From: an uncultured Dehalococcoidia bacterium
Lineage (GTDB): Bacteria > Chloroflexota > Dehalococcoidia > Lucifugimonadales > Lucifugimonadaceae
Direction of reading: 5' to 3'
Assembly (NCBI GenBank): GCA_958295935.1
Contig: OY282385.1
Span: 1,961,545-2,025,544 of the forward strand
Length of the DNA: 64,000 nt
Part shown: in pieces, positions 28,007-34,897 of the stretch
Numbering within the stretch: the stretch's first letter is position 1
Layout: each line of letters begins with the position of its first letter
The notes under the pieces: model-generated
What the model was told of the DNA's origin: nothing
Databases searched by the model: none
Seen by the model: the letters and a program-made list of their open reading frames with translations, nothing else
Made by a program: the position numbers and the translations under genes

Positions 28007-28963
28007 TTAACGCCCCTCATATCGGCAGCAACACCCGGCAAACATCACCCTTCCTTTGTTCTGGGGGGCAGCCAGGGCCTCCGCGCTGCTTGAGTAAGGC
28101 CCGTGCCACCAGTTATCGGGAAGGGGATCTGGCTTGCGGTTCTTGTAGTAGCGGCAGTATCCCTTGTGAATCTTGGACATACCGGTTGGTAGGTCGGTGT
28201 AGACGTAGAATTCTTCGCGCGACGTGCTTGGCGCGGGTGGAACTGGCGGATCCTGTCGCGGGGGCCGAGGGGCAGGTTCGGTAAACCGCGTCGGCGGGCG
28301 CGTAGTCGTATCCCGTAGCGGGGGCGGAGGGTCGGGTAGAGGTGGCGGGGCTGTGTCGGTCACGTCCCAGTTGGCGTAGAAGTCTTCCAGGCGCAGGCCG
28401 AATCGTCTGATAGAGGAAGTCAGTTCGACTCTGAGCGATTCGTACATGTCCTCAAGCAACTTCCGGTTGCCCCGGATTTGCTGAGCGGTGTATTTATTGA
28501 GGTCCAAAGACAGAACCTTGCCCTGCAGCTCTCCCTTCAACCACTCCCCAACGTCGTGCACGGTCACCCTATCGTCCTTGTCCATAGGCCGGATTTGGCG
28601 CAGCCTCTCGCACTGCTCCTGTACCAGCGCCAGCGTGAGGACTACTTCACCCGTGACGGAGGCGCTATCGGAAGTGAGCGCGGGGAAGTCGAGCGGAATA
28701 CGTCCGCCGTGCCTGGAGGGGTCGTCGGGCTCTGGCAGCCAGAAGGCCAATTTGAAGGGGGCCTTCGTCGTCACGTAGGTTTTTATCTGCCCTTTTGGAA
28801 GGCGCCTCTGACCACCTGAAAAGATGTCCCATATCGCGCCGTCGCGTATGATTATCCCGACGTGATGCGGGTCGACTGTAAAAAACTTTCGGCAACACCA
28901 ATCCCGCCGGACGTTCTTATCGCCGGGCCGGAATATCGTCTCGCTATCGCTCTCCCTGTTCAA
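28007..28963 (-). CDS. SPFH-like N-terminal domain, Pro-rich linker and C-terminal Ada-like Zn-ribbon module; paralogue 1 of 3.
   Basis: The N-terminal roughly 190 aa align with the N-domain of the 30786-33215 protein (PHHVGIIIRDG / PHELVVVIRDG; ...IRGNRKLLEDMYESLRVELTSSIRRFGLRLEDFYANWDVTD / ...LRGNEALLRSIYDSLRVELAATLSGYGFRLDNFFINWGLTD). The C-terminus is ...EEFYVYTDLPTGMSKIHKGYCRYYKNRKPDPLPDNWWHGPYSSSAEALAAPQNKGRVMFAGCCCRY. Confidence 0.5.
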   Translation of the reverse strand: MNRESDSETIFRPGDKNVRRDWCCRKFFTVDPHHVGIIIRDGAIWDIFSGGQRRLPKGQIKTYVTTKAPFKLAFWLPEPDDPSRHGGRIPLDFPALTSDSASVTGEVVLTLALVQEQCERLRQIRPMDKDDRVTVHDVGEWLKGELQGKVLSLDLNKYTAQQIRGNRKLLEDMYESLRVELTSSIRRFGLRLEDFYANWDVTDTAPPPLPDPPPPLRDTTTRPPTRFTEPAPRPPRQDPPVPPAPSTSREEFYVYTDLPTGMSKIHKGYCRYYKNRKPDPLPDNWWHGPYSSSAEALAAPQNKGRVMFAGCCCRYEGR

Positions 28964-29055
28964 GTTAGATTCCTTATCTCTGGGTAGGTGCAGTGGGATG
29001 TGGAGAACCGCTGGACGCGCCCCGGCCGATTGTGGTCTGTTCAGCTCCCATTACG

Positions 29056-29829
29056 TCAGCGACAGCGCTCGGCAAACGTCACCCTTCCTCTGTTCTGGGT
29101 GGCATCCCAGGCCTTCGCCTCGGCCTCCGCCTCACTTGAGTAAGGCCCGTGCCACCAGTTATCAGGAAGAGGATCTGGCTTACGGTTTTCGTAGTGGTAG
29201 CAGGGTCCCTTGTGAATCTTGGAGTTTGAACCGTCGGTGTAGACGTAGAATTTCTCTCGCGATGGGCTTGGCGCGGATGGAACTGGTGGATCCTGTTGCG
29301 GGGGCCGGGAGGCAGGCTCGGTAAACCGCGTCAGCGGACGCGTAGTCGTATCCCGTAGCGGGGGCGGGGAAGAGAGCCGGTCCCTGATTCTTTCTACCGC
29401 CTGCTTACTGTCGGATTCGTTGATGCGTCCGAGCAGGTCCGCGATGACGGTCACGCGGCTCCTGACATCCTCTATGTCCAGGTCGCTCTGTGAAGGATGC
29501 GCCGCTTTGTTCCGCGCATCGCGGATCATCCACAACATGTTCTTGACTATTTCGTCGTTCCAGAACTCCTGGCTGAAAATGTCGTTCCAGTACCCGTCTA
29601 CCAGTTTCGGAAAGTCGTTTATGTCGATAGATTCCTCAGCGCTGCCAGTGCGGCGGAGGTCATCTGAGAAATACTTGCCCCGACCACCTAGTTTGCCCTT
29701 TATAGCCTCCTCGATGTTCTTGCCTTTTACACGATTCAGGCATCGGACGATGAAAGGACGCATAGCGTAGCGGAATATGTCAAGCGCATCGTGGAGCGCT
29801 TGTTTGTTTGGATAAAGAGATTCTGTCAT
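29056..29829 (-). CDS. Swt1-type HEPN domain, Pro-rich linker and Ada-like Zn-ribbon module; paralogue 2 of 3.
   Basis: The ATG at 29827-29829 follows AGGAGCCAAAAAA. The HEPN motif is ...MIRDARNKAAHPSQSDLDIEDVRSRVTVIADLLGRI (Rx4H). The C-terminus is ...KFYVYTDGSNSKIHKGPCYHYENRKPDPLPDNWWHGPYSSEAEA...RVTFAERCR. The track ORF extends upstream to 29997 only because the frame stays open. Confidence 0.55.
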   Translation of the reverse strand: MTESLYPNKQALHDALDIFRYAMRPFIVRCLNRVKGKNIEEAIKGKLGGRGKYFSDDLRRTGSAEESIDINDFPKLVDGYWNDIFSQEFWNDEIVKNMLWMIRDARNKAAHPSQSDLDIEDVRSRVTVIADLLGRINESDSKQAVERIRDRLSSPPPLRDTTTRPLTRFTEPASRPPQQDPPVPSAPSPSREKFYVYTDGSNSKIHKGPCYHYENRKPDPLPDNWWHGPYSSEAEAEAKAWDATQNRGRVTFAERCR

Positions 29830-29977
29830 TTTTTTGGCTCCTACCTGATTGAGAGACTCGAATGGCGTTTGGACTGAATAAATTTTGGTCAGGGCAGTGC
29901 CGGGGCAAGGGGGAGTGGGACGTGGAGAACTGCTGAGCGCGCCCCGGTCGATTGTGGTCTGTTCCGCGCCCATTACG

Positions 29978-30682
29978 TCAGCGACAGCACCCGGCAAACA
30001 CCACCCTTCCTCTGTTCTGGGAGGCAGCCCGGGCCCCCGCCTCGCTTGAGTAAGGCCCGTGCCACCAGTTATCAGGAAGGGGGTTTGGCTTGCGGTTCTT
30101 GTAATAGCGGCAGGATGCCTTGTGAATCTTGGACATCCCGGTTGGTAGGTCGGTGTAGACGTGGAATCCCTCGCGCGACGTGCTTGGCGCGGGTGAAACT
30201 GGCGGATCCTGTCGCGGGGAAGAAAGCCGGTCCCTGATTCTTTCTACCGCCTGCTTACTGTCGGGTTCTTTGATGCGTCCGAGCAGGTTGGCGATGTCGG
30301 TCACGCGGCTCCTGACATCCTCTCTATCCAGGTCTTTCTGTGGAGGATGCGCCGCTTCGTTCCGCGCATCGACGATCGTCCGCAACGTGTTCTTGACCTT
30401 TCTCTCGCCCCTGAACTCCTGGCGGAAAATGTCGGTCCAGTACTCGTTTATAAGATCTGGAAAGTAGTTTATGTCGATAGATTCCTCGACGCTGCCAGTG
30501 CGGTAGAGGTTATTGGAGAATTCCCTGCTCCGAGCACCTTTAAGTTTTTCCTTTATAGCCTCCTCGGCGCTCTTGCCTTCGACACGATTCAGGCATCGGA
30601 CGATGAAGCGACGCATATCGTAGCGGAATATGTCAAACGCATCGTTGAGCGCTTGCTTGTTTGGGTAATAGTATTCTGTCAT
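29978..30682 (-). CDS. Swt1-type HEPN domain, Pro-rich linker and Ada-like Zn-ribbon module; paralogue 3 of 3.
   Basis: The ATG at 30680-30682 follows an identical duplicated 5' leader/RBS. It reads MTEYYYPNKQALNDAFDIFRYDMRRFIVRCLNRV...IVDARNEAAHPPQKDLDREDVRSRVTDIANLLGRI...KIHKASCRYYKNRKPNPLPDNWWHGPYSSEAGARAASQNRGRVVFAGCCR. Confidence 0.55.
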   Translation of the reverse strand: MTEYYYPNKQALNDAFDIFRYDMRRFIVRCLNRVEGKSAEEAIKEKLKGARSREFSNNLYRTGSVEESIDINYFPDLINEYWTDIFRQEFRGERKVKNTLRTIVDARNEAAHPPQKDLDREDVRSRVTDIANLLGRIKEPDSKQAVERIRDRLSSPRQDPPVSPAPSTSREGFHVYTDLPTGMSKIHKASCRYYKNRKPNPLPDNWWHGPYSSEAGARAASQNRGRVVFAGCCR

Positions 30683-30785
30683 TTTTTTGGCTCCTACCTG
30701 ATTGAGAGACTCGAATGGCGTTTGGACTGAATAAATTTTGGTCGGGGGTAGCACCGGGACACAGGGGGTGAATGGATGGCTGTTT

Positions 30786-33215
30786 TCACTGGAGCACGGT
30801 GGCTACCGCGGGGGAGGATAATACGTCTCCGCCCGTTTTGTAGCTCCATAGGAGCTTGCCTGAGGATTGGTCCAGCGCGTAGAGGTGATCGTCGTCCGAT
30901 CCTATGAACACGGTGCCGCGGTTCACCGCTGCGCTGGATCTCACGTCCCCCCGCGTCCGGTAGCGCCATAGCAGTTCACCTGTGACGGCGTCCAGCGCGT
31001 AGAGGTGGTCGTCGGTCGATCCGGCGTACACGACACCGTCGATCACCGACGGCCGATTCACGCTATCGCCTGTCTCGTATCGCCAACTCAGATCGCTCGT
31101 GCCGGCGTCCAGCGCGTAGAGGTGGTCGTCGCCAGATCCGGCGTACACGACTCCGTCGGCCACTGCGGGCGACGAGAAGCTGACGTAGTAGTCGCTGCTA
31201 CGGTATCTCCATAACGTGTCTCCAGTCGCCGCGTCTAGTGTGGACAGGTACCTGTCAGCCCTGTTTGCGCGCGCGGCGTACACGACTCCGTCGGCCACTG
31301 CGGGCGACGAGGAGAAGGAGCCGAGGAAGATGCCGCCGGGGCGGTATCGCCACAACAGGTCTCCGGTCGCCGCGTCAAGCGAGTAGAGGTAATCGTCGTT
31401 CGATACTATGAACACGACTCCGTCGGCCACCGCGGGTGAGGAGTGGACGTTGTCGCCGGTCTCGTATCGCCATAGCAGGTCTCCGGTCGCCGCATTGAGC
31501 GCGTAGAGATGGTCATCGGCTGATCCGGCGTACACGACTCCGTCGGCCAGCGCGGGCGAGGAGTGGACGTCGCCGCCGGTGCGGTATCGCCATAGCAGGT
31601 CTCCGGTCGCCGCGTCGAGCGCGTAGAGGTTGTTGTCGTACGACCCTACGTAGATGACGCCGTTGGCCGCTGCGGGCGAGGAATGCACCTCGCCGCCGGT
31701 CCGGTAACTCCAGCTCAGCTCGCCCGTTTCCGCGTCCAGCGCGTACAGGTACTTGTCGCCTGAGCCCACGTAAACGAGATCGCGCTCTGTGGGTACATGC
31801 GGCGTAGCAGTCGCAGTTGGAGTGAAAGTCGGGGTGGGTGAGGCAGTTGGCGTAGGCGTAGGAGTGGAAGTCGGCGTTGCGGTGGGTGGCGCGGTGGTCG
31901 GGGTCGGCGCGGCTGTTGGCGCAGGCGTTGGAATCGAAGTCGGGATTGGATTGGGCGGCGCGTTGGTCGCGGCCGTTGGCGCTGGAACGGCGGTTGGCAC
32001 TGGGCGCGTGGGAGTTGGAACCGAAGTCGGTGTTTGAGTGGGCGGCGCGTTGATCGCGCCCGTTGGTGTTGGAACAGTCGTTGGCGCTGCGCGCGCGGGA
32101 GTTGGAACCGAAGTCGGTGTTTGAGTGGGCGGCGCGTTGATCGCGCCCGTTGGTGTTGGAACAGTCGTTGGCGCTGCGCGCGCGGGAGTTGGAACCGAAG
32201 TCGGTGTTTGAGTGGACGGAGCGTTGGTCGCGGCTGTTGGGAGTGGAACAGTCGTCGGGGAGGGTGTCGGGGTATGGGCCGGCGTCGAGGGTATGACTAC
32301 GGGAGCGGGCGTGTTCGTGGGGATCTGCGCTGCGGCCTGATTTTGGGGTTCACTAATCGCGAGTCTGTCGTTTAGCCAGATCCCGAGGAAGATGCCGCCG
32401 GCCAGGAGAAGGAGGGCAAGTACCGCGAAGGCGGTGACTGCCGGGCTTCTGAAGCCTCGCCAGCCTCCCTTTCGTTGGGATTCCGCGCTGCGGTCTGCAC
32501 CGGATAGAGCGTCGAGTTCCCTTTTTCTCTGTTCCGCGCGCAGACGGGCCTGGTGACGCTGATCCTCGATGGAAGTGCGTTCGGCATCGGTCAGGCCCCA
32601 ATTGATGAAGAAGTTGTCGAGCCGGAAGCCGTAGCCCGACAGCGTGGCTGCGAGTTCGACCCTGAGCGAGTCGTATATCGAGCGCAGCAGGGCCTCGTTG
32701 CCGCGCAGTTCCGCGGCGGTGTGCTTGCTGAGTTCGTGTGCGACGACCTTGGCCAGCAGTTCGTCCTTGAGGTATTCGGCGACGTCCGCCACGCCTATGG
32801 CATCCCGTCCGCGCATGAAGGCGGGCAGCCGGTCGGCGTCCTCCAGGGTGACGGCGAGCCTGAGATTCACCTGCGCGGCTATGAGCTGTCCGTCGGCAGT
32901 GAGAGCGGGGATGCCCTGCGTATCCAGTTCGGACGGGCTGTCAGGGTCCTCGAGCCAGAAGGAGACGGTGAACGGAGAGGTGTCGGCCTGGAGCGCGCGC
33001 GTGCTGGGGCCGCTGCCGAGGAGCGCGCGCAGGAAGTCGCCGAGGCTTCTGGTGCTGCGCTTGCCCTCGGTGAAGATCTCGACGATCTTGCCGTCGCGGA
33101 TGACTACGACCAGCTCATGGGGTTCGGCGATGACGTTGCGCCCGAACCCGCGTAGATCCTTGCGGCCCAGGTAGGCCGCAACGGTATCTACTCCGAATCT
33201 CCGCCAGGAGGTCAT
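30786..33215 (-). CDS. Membrane protein with an N-terminal SPFH (band-7)-like domain, coiled coil, one TM helix, Pro/Thr repeat linker and a C-terminal PQQ-type (BamB-like) beta-propeller.
   Basis: The SPFH-like region reads ...ELRGNEALLRSIYDSLRVELAATLSGYGFRLDNFFINWGLTDAERTSIEDQRHQARLRAEQRKRE. The TM helix is AVTAFAVLALLLLAGGIFLGIWL. About 8 repeats follow of the type YLYALDAATGDLLWRYRTGGDVHSSPA. The ATG at 33213-33215 overlaps the upstream stop (TGAaATG); the track start 33236 is the alternative. Confidence 0.6.
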   Translation of the reverse strand: MTSWRRFGVDTVAAYLGRKDLRGFGRNVIAEPHELVVVIRDGKIVEIFTEGKRSTRSLGDFLRALLGSGPSTRALQADTSPFTVSFWLEDPDSPSELDTQGIPALTADGQLIAAQVNLRLAVTLEDADRLPAFMRGRDAIGVADVAEYLKDELLAKVVAHELSKHTAAELRGNEALLRSIYDSLRVELAATLSGYGFRLDNFFINWGLTDAERTSIEDQRHQARLRAEQRKRELDALSGADRSAESQRKGGWRGFRSPAVTAFAVLALLLLAGGIFLGIWLNDRLAISEPQNQAAAQIPTNTPAPVVIPSTPAHTPTPSPTTVPLPTAATNAPSTQTPTSVPTPARAAPTTVPTPTGAINAPPTQTPTSVPTPARAAPTTVPTPTGAINAPPTQTPTSVPTPTRPVPTAVPAPTAATNAPPNPIPTSIPTPAPTAAPTPTTAPPTATPTSTPTPTPTASPTPTFTPTATATPHVPTERDLVYVGSGDKYLYALDAETGELSWSYRTGGEVHSSPAAANGVIYVGSYDNNLYALDAATGDLLWRYRTGGDVHSSPALADGVVYAGSADDHLYALNAATGDLLWRYETGDNVHSSPAVADGVVFIVSNDDYLYSLDAATGDLLWRYRPGGIFLGSFSSSPAVADGVVYAARANRADRYLSTLDAATGDTLWRYRSSDYYVSFSSPAVADGVVYAGSGDDHLYALDAGTSDLSWRYETGDSVNRPSVIDGVVYAGSTDDHLYALDAVTGELLWRYRTRGDVRSSAAVNRGTVFIGSDDDHLYALDQSSGKLLWSYKTGGDVLSSPAVATVLQ
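32007..32270 (-). repeat. Perfect 90-bp tandem repeat (2 copies plus a degenerate third) within the Pro/Thr linker coding region of the SPFH-propeller gene.
   Basis: Positions 32007-32096 are identical to 32097-32186 (ggagttggaaccgaagtcggtgtttgagtgggcggcgcgttgatcgcgcccgttggtgttggaacagtcgttggcgctgcgcgcgcg). Each copy encodes PTQTPTSVPTPARAAPTTVPTPTGAINAP. Confidence 0.6.
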
Positions 33216-33216
33216 T

Positions 33217-33759
33217 TCAGCCTTGGGCCTTCTCACGCGCTGCCCGCTCGATGTCTCCCAGCGCGTTGTCGTAACCGGCTCCCCGGTAGAACTGCGTTTC
33301 CGAAGGGTCCCTGTCGAATATGCTGATGACCGTTTCGAGCTTGTTGTCCGACCCCTTGACCTTGACGGCTACCTCTTCCATCTGGCTTTCCAGCGCGGCC
33401 GCATCCATCTCATTGATGAGCTTCCAGATGCCGCGCTTCTGGAGATCCTTCTTCATGTTGATGATGTTGATGGTCTCGTCCAGAACCGATATCTGCGTAA
33501 TCACGCGCTGGATGTTGTCCTCCGCCCTGTCCTTGCGCTTTCGGGCTTCGCTCATCCTGTAAGCGGCGACCTGCCGCTCTGCGGAGTTCTTGCCCGGCTC
33601 CGAGGCTATGTCCAGGCGGCGGTCGTACTCCTCCTGCGCACGCCTGATGGTTAACAGCAGCCTGTCCTGCCTGACCTCCTGTCGCGTGCGCTCCTTGCGC
33701 AGGTCGTCGATCTTCAGGTCCTCGAGCTTCTTTGCCGTGCCAAATCCAAATAGTGCCAT
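33217..33759 (-). CDS. ESCRT-III / PspA (IM30) superfamily-like coiled-coil protein, 180 aa.
   Basis: It starts MALFGFGTAKKLEDLKIDDLRKERTRQEVRQ (ESCRT-III proteins begin M-x-LFG-(K/R)) and is predicted all-helical, with ...NIQRVITQISVLDETINIINMKKDLQKRG...MDAAALESQMEEV. It is translationally coupled to both neighbours. The family assignment is tentative. Confidence 0.45.
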   Translation of the reverse strand: MALFGFGTAKKLEDLKIDDLRKERTRQEVRQDRLLLTIRRAQEEYDRRLDIASEPGKNSAERQVAAYRMSEARKRKDRAEDNIQRVITQISVLDETINIINMKKDLQKRGIWKLINEMDAAALESQMEEVAVKVKGSDNKLETVISIFDRDPSETQFYRGAGYDNALGDIERAAREKAQG

Positions 33760-33760
33760 G

Positions 33761-34234
33761 TCATCTCCTTCTTCTTCTGATTACCTTGACGCTCTCGCCG
33801 TCATGGTCTTTCACGTTGGAAACGCTGATCTTCTTCTCCTGTCGGAGCTGCTCGACGACTTCATCGACGACGTTCTCCGGGAACTGCCCGACGAACTGAT
33901 CTATGACGAACACCTTGCGGCTGTCGTCGAGCAGCGCTGTCTCAATCTCGCGGCGGCAGGCGTCCAGCAGTTTTTGTCGCCTCTGGTACTCGGTGTCCTG
34001 CGGCTCCGCGGGCGGGACGAGGGGCTCTCTGCCGCGGGACACGTCCGGGCCGTGGTGCTGCCTCTCCAGCCATGCGTCTATCTCCGAGCGGCGGAAGCGC
34101 CACGTGGACCCGAGCTTGAACACGGGGATCTTCCCGGACTGCGCCCAGTCGTAGATGGTGCGCTCGGACATGTTGAGGTACCTGGCCACTTCCGGTATGG
34201 ACATGAGCGCCGGGGCGCTGTCGCTGCCGTTCAT
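33761..34234 (-). CDS. Excisionase-family (MerR-like HTH_17) DNA-binding protein with a C-terminal extension; the first gene of the operon.
   Basis: It contains MSIPEVARYLNMSERTIYDWAQSGKIPVFKLGSTWRFRRSEIDAWLE. GGAG lies 5 nt upstream of ATG 34234. Confidence 0.6.
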   Translation of the reverse strand: MNGSDSAPALMSIPEVARYLNMSERTIYDWAQSGKIPVFKLGSTWRFRRSEIDAWLERQHHGPDVSRGREPLVPPAEPQDTEYQRRQKLLDACRREIETALLDDSRKVFVIDQFVGQFPENVVDEVVEQLRQEKKISVSNVKDHDGESVKVIRRRRR

Positions 34235-34445
34235 TTCACTCCGTCGACTTGCTGCCGTTCACCGCGCCATACCGCGAGATTCACTAGAATGGTAGCATAA
34301 ACCGCAGAAAACATCAAGGACTGCGTAGAAAGGTAAAATTAAGTATTTCAGGGTGGATTTTAGCAAAGATTATGGGTTGTAGGTACGCAGCGCCGAGGGC
34401 AAGGGAGAGTGGGACGTGCTGGTGGTGACGGGAGAGGCAGGATCG

Positions 34446-34475
34446 TTGACCTGAGGGGGCGTGTGGACATATACT
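34446..34475 (+). promoter_or_regulatory. Putative sigma-70-like promoter (TTGACC, 18 nt spacer, TATACT) for the T-box leader and trpS.
   Basis: The -35 element TTGACC lies at 34446-34451 and the -10 element TATACT at 34470-34475. Confidence 0.35.
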
Positions 34476-34481
34476 CGAATT

Positions 34482-34790
34482 GATCTACGAAATTCGCAAA
34501 GGCTGCGAACGGGAGTAGTAGACTCCAGCACGGAACAGAGAGAGCCGGGGCAGGTGTGAGCCCGGTTTCACGGCTGGGGAGGAATGGACCCGCGAGCCGC
34601 AGGACGAACGTCGCTCTCAAGTTGGGAACGGCGAGTAGTCTGAGCCGGATTGGCCCCCGTTAGCAAGGCCCGGAGAACGTCCGCCGCAATCGGGCGGGAT
34701 CCGCACAAGAGATGTCCCGGCGCGCCGGGACAATCAGGGTGGCACCGCGGGAATGACCTCGCCCCTGCACAAGGGAGCGAGGTTTTTTTA
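34482..34790 (+). promoter_or_regulatory. T-box riboswitch leader with a Trp (UGG) specifier and an intrinsic terminator, controlling trpS.
   Basis: The T-box motif AAUCAGGGUGGCACCGCGG lies at 34732-34750. The terminator hairpin cctcgcccctgcacaagggagcgagg plus UUUUUUU lies at 34757-34789. Stem I has an AGAGA bulge (about 34540), and the specifier loop reads ggaAUGGAccc (UGG at 34585-34587, followed by a purine). Confidence 0.7.
34757..34790 (+). terminator. Rho-independent terminator of the T-box leader (the conditional attenuator).
   Basis: A GC-rich hairpin is followed by a 7-T run. Confidence 0.6.
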
Positions 34791-34897
34791 TTTGTCCATG
34801 GTGGGCGAAGAGATCGAGGCAACGGCCGCATCGCCTCACCCGCCTGGGCGCGCATAGTTCCCATCTCACGAAACGCAGCAATCAAACCGAGACGACC

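Noticed and set aside
29830-29997. Upstream extensions of the HEPN ORFs as drawn by the track (starts at 29997 and 30754)
   Set aside because: The frames are open only because the duplicated intergenic leader lacks stop codons. Both copies have a strong AGGAG-N7-ATG at the conserved MTE(S/Y) start, and the upstream stretch overlaps the preceding gene's 3' end.
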